Below are positions 27,101-41,900 of a DNA stretch of 64,000 nt, piece by piece (position 1 is the first letter of the stretch; each line of letters begins with the position of its first letter). The notes under the pieces were generated by a model. That model did no database searches, had not been told where the DNA came from, and saw nothing but the letters and a program-made list of their open reading frames with translations. The stretch is from NCBI GenBank assembly GCA_964016885.1, contig OZ024758.1, forward strand, positions 38,564,001 through 38,628,000, read 5' to 3'. The DNA is from Eledone cirrhosa. Its lineage: Eukaryota. A program made the translations under genes and the position numbers.

Positions 27101-30100
27101 ATGGTACTAGCTGTCAGAAGTAACTCCACTGTTGGTGAGAATTCATTTAAGTTCATGGTACTAGCTGTCAGAAGTAACTCCACTGTTGGTGAGAATTCAT
27201 TTAAGTTCATGGTACTAGCTGTCAGAAGTAACTCCAATGTTGGTGAGAATTCATTTAAGTTCATGGTATTAGCTGTCAAAAGTAACTCCAATGTTGGTGA
27301 GAATTCATTTAAGTTCATGGTATTAGCTGTCAGAAGTAACTCCACTGTTGGTGAGAATTCATTTAAGTTCATGGTACTAGCTGTCAGAAGTAACCCCAAT
27401 GTTGGTGAGAATTCATTTAAGTTCATGGTATTAGCTGTCAGAAGTCACTCCAATGTTGGTGAGAATTCATTTAAGTTCATGGTATTAGCTGTCAGAAGTA
27501 ACTCCACTGTTGGTGAGAATTCATTTAAGTTCATGGTATTAGCTGTCAGAAGTAACTCCACTGTTGGTGAGAATTCATTTAAGTTCATGGTATTAGCTGT
27601 CAGAAGTAACTCCACTGTTGGTGAGAATTCATTTAAGTTCATGGTATTAGCTGTCAGAAGGAACTCCAATGTTGGTGAGAATTCATTTAAGTCATGGTAC
27701 TAGCTGTCAGAAGTAACTCCACTGTTGGTGAGAATTCATTTAAGTTCATGGTATTAGCTGTCAGAAGGAACGCCACTGTTGGTGAGAATTCATTTAAGTT
27801 CATGGTATTAGCTGTCAGAAGTAACTCCACTGTTGGTGAGAATTCATTTAAGTTCATGGTATTAGCTGTCAGAAGGAACTCCACTGTTGGTGAGAATTCA
27901 TTTAAGTTCATGGTACTAGTTGTCAGAAGTAACTCCACTGTTGGTGAGAATTCATTTAAGTTCGTGGTATTAGCTGTCAGAAGTAACTCCACTGTTGGTG
28001 AGATTCATTTAAGTCATGGTATTAGTTGTCAGAAGTAACTCCAATGTTGGTGAGAATTCATTTAAGTTCATGGTTCTAGCTGTCAGAAGTAACTCCACTG
28101 TTGGTGAGAAATCATTTAAGTTCATGGTATTAGCTGTCAGAAGTAACTCCACTGTTGGTGAGAATTCATTTAAGTCATGGTATTAGCTGTCAGAAGTAAC
28201 TCCATTGTTGGTGAGAATTCATTTAAGTCATGGTACTAGCTGTCAGAAGTAACTCCACTGTTGGTGAGAATTCATTTAAGTTCATGGTATTAGCTGTCAG
28301 AAGGAACTCCACTGTTGGTGAGAATTCATTTAAGTTCATGGTACTAGCTGTCAGAAGTAACTCCACTGTTGGTAAGAATTCATTTAAGTTCATGGTATTA
28401 GTTCGTCAGAAGTAACTCCACTGTTGGTGAGAATTCATTTAAGTCATGGTATTAGTTGTCAGAAGTAACTCCAATGTTGGTGAGAATTCATTTAAGTCAT
28501 GGTACTAGCTGTCAGAAGTAACTCCAATGTTGGTGAGAATTCATTTAAGTTCATGGTATTAGCTGTCAGAAGGAACTCCACTGTTGGTGAGAATTCATTT
28601 AAGTTCATGGTACTAGCTGTCAGAAGTAACTCCAATGTTGGTGAGAATTCATTTAAGTTCATGGTATTAGCTGTCAGAAGGAACTCCACTGTTGGTGAGA
28701 ATTCATTTAAGTCATGGTATTAGCTGTCAGAAGTAACTCCAATGTTGGTGAGAATTCATTTAAGTTCATGGTATTAGCTGTCAGAAGTAACTCCACTGTT
28801 GGTGAGAATTCATTTAAGTTCATGGTATTAGCTGTCAGAAGGAACTCCAATGTTGGTGAGAATTCATTTAAGTCATGGTACTAGCTGTCAGAAGTAACTC
28901 CACTGTTGGTGAGAATTCATTTAAGTTCATGGTATTAGCTGTCAGAAGGAACGCCACTGTTGGTGAGAATTCATTTAAGTTCATGGTATTAGCTGTCAGA
29001 AGTAACTCCACTGTTGGTGAGAATTCATTTAAGTTCATGGTACTAGCTGTCAGAAGTAACTCCAATGTTGGTGAGAATTCATTTAAGTTCATGGTTTTAG
29101 CTGTCAGAAGGAACTCCACTGTTGGTGAGAATTCATTTAAGTCTTGGTATTAGTTGTCAGAAGTAACTCCAATGTTGGTGAGAATTCATTTAAGTTCATG
29201 GTACTAGCTGTCAGAAGTAACTCCACTGTTGGTGAGAATTCATTTAAGTTCATGGTACTAGCTGTCAGAAGTAACTCCAATGTTGGTGAGAATTCATTTA
29301 AGTTCATGGTATTAGCTGTCAGAAGTAACTCCACTGTTGGTGAGAATTCATTTAAGTTCATGGTACTAGCTGTCAGAAGTAAGCCCAATGTTGGTGAGAA
29401 TTCATTTAAGATCATGGTATTAGATGTCAGAAGTCACTCCAATGTTGGTGAGAATTCATTTAAGTTCATGGTATTAGCTGTCAGAAGTAACTCCACTGTT
29501 GGTGAGAATTCATTTAAGTTCATGGTACTAGCTGTCAGAAGTAACCCCAATGTTGGTGAGAATTCATTTAAGTTCATGGTATTAGCTGTCAGAAGTCACT
29601 CCACTGTTGGTGAGAATTCATTTAAGTTCATGGTACTAGCTGTCAGAAGTAACCCCAATGTTGGTGAGAATTCATTTAAGTTCATGGTATTAGCTGTCAG
29701 AAGTCACTCCAATGTTGGTGAGAATTCATTTAAGTTCATGGTATTAGCTGTCAGAAGTAACTCCACTGTTGGTGAGAATTCATTTAAGTTCATGGTATTA
29801 GCTGTCAGAAGTAACTCCACTGTTGGTGAGAATTCATTTAAGTTCATGGTATTAGCTGTCAGAAGGAACTCCACTGTTGGTGAGAATTCATTTAAGTCTT
29901 GGTGTTAGTTGTCAGAAGTAACTCCAATGTTGGTGAGAATTCATTTAAGTTCATGGTACTAGCTGTCAGAAGTAACTCCACTGTTGGTGAGAATTCATTT
30001 AAGTTCATGGTACTAGCTGTCAGAAGTAACTCCAATGTTGGTGAGAATTCATTTAAGTTCATGGTATTAGCTGTCAGAAGTAACTCCAATGTTGGTGAGA

Positions 30101-33100
30101 ATTCATTTAAGTTCATGGTATTAGCTGTCAGAAGGAACTCCACTGTTGGTGAGAATTCATTTAAGTCTTGGTATTAGTTGTCAGAAGTAACTCCAATGTT
30201 GGTGAGAATTCATTTAAGTTCATGGTATTAGCTGTCAGAAGTAACTCCACTGTTGGTGAGAATTCATTTAAGTCATGGTACTAGCTGTCAGAAGTAACTC
30301 CACTGTTGGTGAGAATTCATTTAAGTTCATGGTACTAGCTGTCAGAAGTAACTCCACTGTTGGTGAGAATTCATTTAAGTTCATGGTACTAGCTGTCAGA
30401 AGTAACTCCAATGTTGGTGAGAATTCATTTAAGTTCATGGTATTAGCTGTCAAAAGTAACTCCAATGTTGGTGAGAATTCATTTAAGTTCATGGTATTAG
30501 CTGTCAGAAGTAACTCCACTGTTGGTGAGAATTCATTTAAGTTCATGGTACTAGCTGTCAGAAGTAACTCCACTGTTGGTGAGAATTCATTTAAGTTCAT
30601 GGTATTAGCTGTCAGAAGTAACTCCACTGTTGGTGAGAATTCATTTAAGTTCATGGTACTAGCTGTCAGAAGTAACCCCAATGTTGGTGAGAATTCATTT
30701 AAGTTCATGGTATTAGCTGTCAGAAGTAACTCCACTGTTGGTGAGAATTCATTTAAGTTCATGGTACTAGCTGTCAGAAGTAACTCCAATGTTGGTGAGA
30801 ATTCATTTAAGTTCATGGTATTAGCTGTCAGAAGTAACTCCAATGTTGGTGAGAATTCATTTAAGTTCATGGTATTAGCTGTCAGAAGGAACTCCACTGT
30901 TGGTGAGAATTCATTTAAGTCTTGGTATTAGTTGTCAGAAGTAACTCCAATGTTGGTGAGAATTCATTTAAGTTCATGGTATTAGCTGTCAGAAGTAACT
31001 CCACTGTTGGTGAGAATTCATTTAAGTCATGGTACTAGCTGTCAGAAGTAACTCCACTGTTGGTGAGAATTCATTTAAGTTCATGGTACTAGCTGTCAGA
31101 AGTAACTCCACTGTTGGTGAGAATTCATTTAAGTTCATGGTACTAGCTGTCAGAAGTAACTCCAATGTTGGTGAGAATTCATTTAAGTTCATGGTATTAG
31201 CTGTCAAAAGTAACTCCAATGTTGGTGAGAATTCATTTAAGTTCATGGTATTAGCTGTCAGAAGTAACTCCACTGTTGGTGAGAATTCATTTAAGTTCAT
31301 GGTACTAGCTGTCAGAAGTAACCCCAATGTTGGTGAGAATTCATTTAAGTTCATGGTATTAGCTGTCAGAAGTCACTCCAATGTTGGTGAGAATTCATTT
31401 AAGTTCATGGTATTAGCTGTCAGAAGTAACTCCACTGTTGGTGAGAATTCATTTAAGTTCATGGTATTAGCTGTCAGAAGTAACTCCACTGTTGGTGAGA
31501 ATTCATTTAAGTTCATGGTATTAGCTGTCAGAAGTAACTCCACTGTTGGTGAGAATTCATTTAAGTTCATGGTATTAGCTGTCAGAAGGAACTCCAATGT
31601 TGGTGAGAATTCATTTAAGTCATGGTACTAGCTGTCAGAAGTAACTCCACTGTTGGTGAGAATTCATTTAAGTTCATGGTATTAGCTGTCAGAAGGAACG
31701 CCACTGTTGGTGAGAATTCATTTAAGTTCATGGTATTAGCTGTCAGAAGTAACTCCACTGTTGGTGAGAATTCATTTAAGTTCATGGTATTAGCTGTCAG
31801 AAGGAACTCCACTGTTGGTGAGAATTCATTTAAGTTCATGGTACTAGTTGTCAGAAGTAACTCCACTGTTGGTGAGAATTCATTTAAGTTCATGGTATTA
31901 GCTGTCAGAAGTAACTCCACTGTTGGTGAGAATTCATTTAAGTCATGGTATTAGTTGTCAGAAGTAACTCCAATGTTGGTGAGAATTCATTTAAGTTCAT
32001 GGTTCTAGCTGTCAGAAGTAACTCCACTGTTGGTGAGAAATCATTTAAGTTCATGGTATTAGCTGTCAGAAGTAACTCCACTGTTGGTGAGAATTCATTT
32101 AAGTCATGGTATTAGCTGTCAGAAGTAACTCCATTGTTGGTGAGAATTCATTTAAGTCATGGTACTAGCTGTCAGAAGTAACTCCACTGTTGGTGAGAAT
32201 TCATTTAAGTTCATGGTATTAGCTGTCAGAAGGAACTCCACTGTTGGTGAGAATTCATTTAAGTTCATGGTACTAGCTGTCAGAAGTAACTCCACTGTTG
32301 GTAAGAATTCATTTAAGTTCATGGTATTAGTTCGTCAGAAGTAACTCCACTGTTGGTGAGAATTCATTTAAGTCATGGTATTAGTTGTCAGAAGTAACTC
32401 CAATGTTGGTGAGAATTCATTTAAGTCATGGTACTAGCTGTCAGAAGTAACTCCAATGTTGGTGAGAATTCATTTAAGTTCATGGTATTAGCTGTCAGAA
32501 GGAACTCCACTGTTGGTGAGAATTCATTTAAGTTCATGGTACTAGCTGTCAGAAGTAACTCCAATGTTGGTGAGAATTCATTTAAGTTCATGGTATTAGC
32601 TGTCAGAAGGAACTCCACTGTTGGTGAGAATTCATTTAAGTCATGGTATTAGCTGTCAGAAGTAACTCCAATGTTGGTGAGAATTCATTTAAGTTCATGG
32701 TATTAGCTGTCAGAAGTAACTCCACTGTTGGTGAGAATTCATTTAAGTTCATGGTATTAGCTGTCAGAAGGAACTCCAATGTTGGTGAGAATTCATTTAA
32801 GTCATGGTACTAGCTGTCAGAAGTAACTCCACTGTTGGTGAGAATTCATTTAAGTTCATGGTATTAGCTGTCAGAAGGAACGCCACTGTTGGTGAGAATT
32901 CATTTAGGTTCATGGTATTAGCTGTCAGAAGTAACTCCACTGTTGGTGAGAATTCATTTAAGTTCATGGTACTAGCTGTCAGAAGTAACTCCAATGTTGG
33001 TGAGAATTCATTTAAGTTCATGGTATTAGCTGTCAGAAGGAACTCCACTGTTGGTGAGAATTCATTTAAGTCTTGGTATTAGTTGTCAGAAGTAACTCCA

Positions 33101-36100
33101 ATGTTGGTGAGAATTCATTTAAGTTCATGGTACTAGCTGTCAGAAGTAACTCCACTGTTGGTGAGAATTCATTTAAGTTCATGGTACTAGCTGTCAGAAG
33201 TAACTCCAATGTTGGTGAGAATTCATTTAAGTTCATGGTATTAGCTGTCAGAAGTAACTCCACTGTTGGTGAGAATTCATTTAAGTTCATGGTACTAGCT
33301 GTCAGAAGTAAGCCCAATGTTGGTGAGAATTCATTTAAGTTCATGGTATTAGCTGTCAGAAGTCACTCCAATGTTGGTGAGAATTCATTTAAGTTCATGG
33401 TATTAGCTGTCAGAAGTAACTCCACTGTTGGTGAGAATTCATTTAAGTTCATGGTACTAGCTGTCAGAAGTAACCCCAATGTTGGTGAGAATTCATTTAA
33501 GTTCATGGTATTAGCTGTCAGAAGTCACTCCACTGTTGGTGAGAATTCATTTAAGTTCATGGTACTAGCTGTCAGAAGTAACCCCAATGTTGGTGAGAAT
33601 TCATTTAAGTTCATGGTATTAGCTGTCAGAAGTCACTCCAATGTTGGTGAGAATTCATTTAAGTTCATGGTATTAGCTGTCAGAAGTAACTCCACTGTTG
33701 GTGAGAATTCATTTAAGTTCATGGTATTAGCTGTCAGAAGTAACTCCACTGTTGGTGAGAATTCATTTAAGTTCATGGTATTAGCTGTCAGAAGGAACTC
33801 CACTGTTGGTGAGAATTCATTTAAGTCTTGGTGTTAGTTGTCAGAAGTAACTCCAATGTTGGTGAGAATTCATTTAAGTTCATGGTACTAGCTGTCAGAA
33901 GTAACTCCACTGTTGGTGAGAATTCATTTAAGTTCATGGTACTAGCTGTCAGAAGTAACTCCAATGTTGGTGAGAATTCATTTAAGTTCATGGTATTAGC
34001 TGTCGGAAGTAACTCCAATGTTGGTGAGAATTCATTTAAGTTCATGGTATTAGCTGTCAGAAGGAACTCCACTGTTGGTGAGAATTCATTTAAGTCTTGG
34101 TATTAGTTGTCAGAAGTAACTCCAATGTTGGTGAGAATTCATTTAAGTTCATGGTATTAGCTGTCAGAAGTAACTCCACTGTTGGTGAGAATTCATTTAA
34201 GTCATGGTACTAGCTGTCAGAAGTAACTCCACTGTTGGTGAGAATTCATTTAAGTTCATGGTACTAGCTGTCAGAAGTAACTCCACTGTTGGTGAGAATT
34301 CATTTAAGTTCATGGTACTAGCTGTCAGAAGTAACTCCAATGTTGGTGAGAATTCATTTAAGTTCATGGTATTAGCTGTCAGAAGTCACTCCAATGTTGG
34401 TGAGAATTCATTTAAGTTCATGGTATTAGCTGTCAGAAGTAACTCCACTGTTGGTGAGAATTCATTTAAGTTCATGGTACTAGCTGTCAGAAGTAACCCC
34501 AATGTTGGTGAGAATTCATTTAAGTTCATGGTATTAGCTGTCAGAAGTCACTCCACTGTTGGTGAGAATTCATTTAAGTTCATGGTACTAGCTGTCAGAA
34601 GTAACCCCAATGTTGGTGAGAATTCATTTAAGTTCATGGTATTAGCTGTCAGAAGTCACTCCAATGTTGGTGAGAATTCATTTAAGTTCATGGTATTAGC
34701 TGTCAGAAGTAACTCCACTGTTGGTGAGAATTCATTTAAGTTCATGGTATTAGCTGTCAGAAGTAACTCCACTGTTGGTGAATATTCATTTAAGTTCATG
34801 GTATTAGCTGTCAGAAGGAACTCCACTGTTGGTGAGAATTCATTTAAGTCTTGGTGTTAGTTGTCAGAAGTAACTCCAATGTTGGTGAGAATTCATTTAA
34901 GTTCATGGTACTAGCTGTCAGAAGTAACTCCACTGTTGGTGAGAATTCATTTAAGTTCATGGTACTAGCTGTCAGAAGTAACTCCAATGTTGGTGAGAAT
35001 TCATTTAAGTTCATGGTATTAGCTGTCAGAAGTAACTCCAATGTTGGTGAGAATTCATTTAAGTTCATGGTATTAGCTGTCAGAAGGAACTCCACTGTTG
35101 GTGAGAATTCATTTAAGTCTTGGTATTAGTTGTCAGAAGTAACTCCAATGTTGGTGAGAATTCATTTAAGTTCATGGTATTAGCTGTCAGAAGTAACTCC
35201 ACTGTTGGTGAGAATTCATTTAAGTCATGGTACTAGCTGTCAGAAGTAACTCCACTGTTGGTGAGAATTCATTTAAGTTCATGGTACTAGCTGTCAGAAG
35301 TAACTCCACTGTTGGTGAGAATTCATTTAAGTTCATGGTACTAGCTGTCAGAAGTAACTCCAATGTTGGTGAGAATTCATTTAAGTTCATGGTATTAGCT
35401 GTCAAAAGTAACTCCAATGTTGGTGAGAATTCATTTAAGTTCATGGTATTAGCTGTCAGAAGTAACTCCACTGTTGGTGAGAATTCATTTAAGTTCATGG
35501 TACTAGCTGTCAGAAGTAACCCCAATGTTGGTGAGAATTCATTTAAGTTCATGGTATTAGCTGTCAGAAGTCACTCCAATGTTGGTGAGAATTCATTTAA
35601 GTTCATGGTATTAGCTGTCAGAAGTAACTCCACTGTTGGTGAGAATTCATTTAAGTTCATGGTATTAGCTGTCAGAAGTAACTCCACTGTTGGTGAGAAT
35701 TCATTTAAGTTCATGGTATTAGCTGTCAGAAGTAACTCCACTGTTGGTGAGAATTCATTTAAGTTCATGGTATTAGCTGTCAGAAGGAACTCCAATGTTG
35801 GTGAGAATTCATTTAAGTCATGGTACTAGCTGTCAGAAGTAACTCCACTGTTGGTGAGAATTCATTTAAGTTCATGGTATTAGCTGTCAGAAGGAACGCC
35901 ACTGTTGGTGAGAATTCATTTAAGTTCATGGTATTAGCTGTCAGAAGTAACTCCACTGTTGGTGAGAATTCATTTAAGTTCATGGTATTAGCTGTCAGAA
36001 GGAACTCCACTGTTGGTGAGAATTCATTTAAGTTCATGGTACTAGTTGTCAGAAGTAACTCCACTGTTGGTGAGAATTCATTTAAGTTCATGGTATTAGC

Positions 36101-38940
36101 TGTCAGAAGTAACTCCACTGTTGGTGAGATTCATTTAAGTCATGGTATTAGTTGTCAGAAGTAACTCCAATGTTGGTGAGAATTCATTTAAGTTCATGGT
36201 TCTAGCTGTCAGAAGTAACTCCACTGTTGGTGAGAAATCATTTAAGTTCATGGTATTAGCTGTCAGAAGTAACTCCACTGTTGGTGAGAATTCATTTAAG
36301 TCATGGTATTAGCTGTCAGAAGTAACTCCATTGTTGGTGAGAATTCATTTAAGTCATGGTACTAGCTGTCAGAAGTAACTCCACTGTTGGTGAGAATTCA
36401 TTTAAGTTCATGGTATTAGCTGTCAGAAGGAACTCCACTGTTGGTGAGAATTCATTTAAGTTCATGGTACTAGCTGTCAGAAGTAACTCCACTGTTGGTA
36501 AGAATTCATTTAAGTTCATGGTATTAGTTCGTCAGAAGTAACTCCACTGTTGGTGAGAATTCATTTAAGTCATGGTATTAGTTGTCAGAAGTAACTCCAA
36601 TGTTGGTGAGAATTCATTTAAGTCATGGTACTAGCTGTCAGAAGTAACTCCAATGTTGTTGAGAATTCATTTAAGTTCATGGTATTAGCTGTCAGAAGGA
36701 ACTCCACTGTTGGTGAGAATTCATTTAAGTTCATGGTACTAGCTGTCAGAAGTAACTCCAATGTTGGTGAGAATTCATTTAAGTTCATGGTATTAGCTGT
36801 CAGAAGGAACTCCACTGTTGGTGAGAATTCATTTAAGTCATGGTATTAGCTGTCAGAAGTAACTCCAATGTTGGTGAGAATTCATTTAAGTTCATGGTAT
36901 TAGCTGTCAGAAGTAACTCCACTGTTGGTGAGAATTCATTTAAGTTCATGGTATTAGCTGTCAGAAGGAACTCCAATGTTGGTGAGAATTCATTTAAGTC
37001 ATGGTACTAGCTGTCAGAAGTAACTCCACTGTTGGTGAGAATTCATTTAAGTTCATGGTATTAGCTGTCAGAAGGAACGCCACTGTTGGTGAGAATTCAT
37101 TTAAGTTCATGGTATTAGCTGTCAGAAGTAACTCCACTGTTGGTGAGAATTCATTTAAGTTCATGGTACTAGCTGTCAGAAGTAACTCCAATGTTGGTGA
37201 GAATTCATTTAAGTTCATGGTTTTAGCTGTCAGAAGGAACTCCACTGTTGGTGAGAATTCATTTAAGTCTTGGTATTAGTTGTCAGAAGTAACTCCAATG
37301 TTGGTGAGAATTCATTTAAGTTCATGGTACTAGCTGTCAGAAGTAACTCCACTGTTGGTGAGAATTCATTTAAGTTCATGGTACTAGCTGTCAGAAGTAA
37401 CTCCAATGTTGGTGAGAATTCATTTAAGTTCATGGTATTAGCTGTCAGAAGTAACTCCACTGTTGGTGAGAATTCATTTAAGTTCATGGTACTAGCTGTC
37501 AGAAGTAAGCCCAATGTTGGTGAGAATTCATTTAAGTTCATGGTATTAGATGTCAGAAGTCACTCCAATGTTGGTGAGAATTCATTTAAGTTCATGGTAT
37601 TAGCTGTCAGAAGTAACTCCACTGTTGGTGAGAATTCATTTAAGTTCATGGTACTAGCTGTCAGAAGTAACCCCAATGTTGGTGAGAATTCATTTAAGTT
37701 CATGGTATTAGCTGTCAGAAGTCACTCCACTGTTGGTGAGAATTCATTTAAGTTCATGGTACTAGCTGTCAGAAGTAACCCCAATGTTGGTGAGAATTCA
37801 TTTAAGTTCATGGTATTAGCTGTCAGAAGTCACTCCAATGTTGGTGAGAATTCATTTAAGTTCATGGTATTAGCTGTCAGAAGTAACTCCACTGTTGGTG
37901 AGAATTCATTTAAGTTCATGGTATTAGCTGTCAGAAGTAACTCCACTGTTGGTGAGAATTCATTTAAGTTCATGGTATTAGCTGTCAGAAGGAACTCCAC
38001 TGTTGGTGAGAATTCATTTAAGTCTTGGTGTTAGTTGTCAGAAGTAACTCCAATGTTGGTGAGAATTCATTTAAGTTCATGGTACTAGCTGTCAGAAGTA
38101 ACTCCACTGTTGGTGAGAATTCATTTAAGTTCATGGTACTAGCTGTCAGAAGTAACTCCAATGTTGGTGAGAATTCATTTAAGTTCATGGTATTAGCTGT
38201 CAGAAGTAACTCCAATGTTGGTGAGAATTCATTTAAGTTCATGGTATTAGCTGTCAGAAGGAACTCCACTGTTGGTGAGAATTCATTTAAGTCTTGGTAT
38301 TAGTTGTCAGAAGTATCTCCAATGTTGGTGAGAATTCATTTAAGTTCATGGTATTAGCTGTCAGAAGTAACTCCACTGTTGGTGAGAATTCATTTAAGTC
38401 ATGGTACTAGCTGTCAGAAGTAACTCCACTGTTGGTGAGAATTCATTTAAGTTCATGGTACTAGCTGTCAGAAGTAACTCCACTGTTGGTGAGAATTCAT
38501 TTAAGTTCATGGTACTAGCTGTCAGAAGTAACTCCAATGTTGGTGAGAATTCATTTAAGTTCATGGTATTAGCTGTCAAAAGTAACTCCAATGTTGGTGA
38601 GAATTCATTTAAGTTCATGGTATTAGCTGTCAGAAGTAACTCCACTGTTGGTGAGAATTCATTTAAGTTCATGGTACTAGCTGTCAGAAGTAACTCCACT
38701 GTTGGTGAGAATTCATTTAAGTTCATGGTATTAGCTGTCAGAAGTAACTCCACTGTTGGTGAGAATTCATTTAAGTTCATGGTACTAGCTGTCAGAAGTA
38801 ACCCCAATGTTGGTGAGAATTCATTTAAGTTCATGGTATTAGCTGTCAGAAGTAACTCCACTGTTGGTGAGAATTCATTTAAGTTCATGGTACTAGCTGT
38901 CAGAAGTAACTCCAATGTTGGTGAGAATTCATTTAAGTTC
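24150..38940. repeat. Higher-order array of about 4-kb units alternating 4197 and 3929 bp, super-period 8126 bp (151 monomers)
   Basis: Equivalent ORFs at 24302/28499/32428/36625, 24678/28875/32804/37001 and 24947/29144/33073/37270. Markers at exactly 8126 offset: gaatattc (~26654/~34780), gagattc 1-bp deletion (~28000/~36126), ttagatgtc (~29420/~37546). Confidence 0.92.
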
Positions 38941-41900
38941 ATGGTATTAGCTGTCAGAAGGAACTCCACTGTTGGTGAGAATTCATTTAAGTTCATGGTA
39001 TTAGCTGTCAGAAGTAACTCCACTGTTGGTGAGAATTCATTTAAGTTCATGGTATTAGCTGTCAGAAGTAACTCCACTGTTGGTGAGAATTCATTTAAGT
39101 TCATGGTATTAGTTTGTCAGAAGTAACTCCACTGTTGGTGAGAATTCATTTAAGTCATGGTATTAGTTGTCAGAAGTAACTCCAATGTTGGTGAGAATTC
39201 ATTTAAGTTCATGGTACTAGCTGTCAGAAGTAACTCCACTGTTGGTGAGAATTCATTTAAGTTCATGGTATTAGCTGTCAGAAGTAACTCCACTGTTGGT
39301 GAGAATTCATTTAAGTCATGGTATTAGCTGTCAGAAGTAACTCCAATGTTGGTGAGAATTCATTTGAGTCATGGTACTAGCTGTCAGAATTAACTCCAAT
39401 GTTGGTGAGAATTCAGTTAAGTTCATGGTATTAGCTGTCAGAAGGAAGTCCACTGTTGGTGAGAATTCATTTAAGTTCATGGTATTAGCTGTCAGAAGTA
39501 ACTCCACTGTTGGTAAGAATTCATTTAAGTTCATGGTACTAGCTGTCAGAAGTAACTCCACTGTTGGTGAGAATTCATTTAAGTTCATGGTACTAGCTGT
39601 CAGAAGTAACTCCACTGTTGGTGAGAATTCAGTTAAGTTCATGGTGTTAGTTGTCAGAAGTAACTCCACTGTTGGTGAGAATTCATTTAAATCATGGTAC
39701 TAGTTGTCAGAAGTAACTCCAATGTTGGTGAGAATTCATTTAAGTTCATGGTACTAGCTGTCAGAAGTAACTCCACTGTTGGTGAGAATTCATTTAAGTT
39801 CATGGTATTAGTTTGTCAGAAGTAACTCCACTGTTGGTGAGAATTCATTTAAGTCATGGTATTAGCTGTCAGAAGTAACTCCAATGTTGGTGAGAATTCA
39901 TTTAAGTCATGGTACTAGCTCTCAGAAGTAACTCCACTGTTGGTGAGAATTCATTTAAGTTCATGGTACTAGCTGTCAGAAGGAACTCCACTGTTGGTGA
40001 GAATTCATTTAAGTTCATGGTATTAGCTGTCAGAAGTAACTCCAATGTTGGTGAGAATTCATTTGAGTCATGGTACTAGCTGTCAGAATTAACTCCAATG
40101 TTGGTGAGAATTCAGTTAAGTTCATGGTATTAGCTGTCAGAAGGAACTCCACTGTTAGTGAGAATTCATTTAAGTTCATTGTATTAGCTGTCAGAAGTAA
40201 CTCCACTGTTGGTAAGAATTCATTTAAGTTCATGGTACTAGCTGTCAGAAGTAACTCCACTGTTGGTGAGAATTCATTTAAGTTCATGGTACTAGCTGTC
40301 AGAAGTAACTCCACTGTTGGTGAGAATTCATTTAAGTTCATGGTATTAGCTGTCAGAAGGAACTCCACTGTTGGTGAGAATTCATTTAAGTTCATGGTAC
40401 TAGCTGTCAGAAGTAACTCCAATGTTGGTGAGAATTCATTTAAGTTCATGGTATTAGCTGTCAGAAGGAACTCCACTGTTGGTGAGAATTCATTTAAGTT
40501 CATGGTACTAGCTGTCAGAAGTAACTCCAATGTTGGTGAGAATTCATTTAAGTTCATGGTATTAGCTGTCAGAAGGAACTCCACTGTTGGTGAGAATTCA
40601 TTTAAGTCATGGTATTAGCTGTCAGAAGTAACTCCAATGTTGGTGAGAATTCATTTAAGTTCATGGTATTAGCTGTCAGAAGTAACTCCACTGTTGGTGA
40701 GAATTCATTTAAGTTCATGGTATTAGCTGTCAGAAGGAACTCCAATGTTGGTGAGAATTCATTTAAGTCATGGTACTAGCTGTCAGAAGTAACTCCACTG
40801 TTGGTGAGAATTCATTTAAGTTCATGGTATTAGCTGTCAGAAGGAACGCCACTGTTGGTGAGAATTCATTTAAGTTCATGGTATTAGCTGTCAGAAGTAA
40901 CTCCACTGTTGGTGAGAATTCATTTAAGTTCATGGTACTAGCTGTCAGAAGTAACTCCAATGTTGGTGAGAATTCATTTAAGTTCATGGTTTTAGCTGTC
41001 AGAAGGAACTCCACTGTTGGTGAGAATTCATTTAAGTCTTGGTATTAGTTGTCAGAAGTAACTCCAATGTTGGTGAGAATTCATTTAAGTTCATGGTACT
41101 AGCTGTCAGAAGTAACTCCACTGTTGGTGAGAATTCATTTAAGTTCATGGTACTAGCTGTCAGAAGTAACTCCAATGTTGGTGAGAATTCATTTAAGTTC
41201 ATGGTATTAGCTGTCAGAAGTAACTCCACTGTTGGTGAGAATTCATTTAAGTTCATGGTACTAGCTGTCAGAAGTAAGCCCAATGTTGGTGAGAATTCAT
41301 TTAAGTTCATGGTATTAGATGTCAGAAGTCACTCCAATGTTGGTGAGAATTCATTTAAGTTCATGGTATTAGCTGTCAGAAGTAACTCCACTGTTGGTGA
41401 GAATTCATTTAAGTTCATGGTACTAGCTGTCAGAAGTAACCCCAATGTTGGTGAGAATTCATTTAAGTTCATGGTATTAGCTGTCAGAAGTCACTCCACT
41501 GTTGGTGAGAATTCATTTAAGTTCATGGTACTAGCTGTCAGAAGTAACCCCAATGTTGGTGAGAATTCATTTAAGTTCATGGTATTAGCTGTCAGAAGTC
41601 ACTCCAATGTTGGTGAGAATTCATTTAAGTTCATGGTATTAGCTGTCAGAAGTAACTCCACTGTTGGTGAGAATTCATTTAAGTTCATGGTATTAGCTGT
41701 CAGAAGTAACTCCACTGTTGGTGAGAATTCATTTAAGTTCATGGTATTAGCTGTCAGAAGGAACTCCACTGTTGGTGAGAATTCATTTAAGTCTTGGTGT
41801 TAGTTGTCAGAAGTAACTCCAATGTTGGTGAGAATTCATTTAAGTTCATGGTACTAGCTGTCAGAAGTAACTCCACTGTTGGTGAGAATTCATTTAAGTT

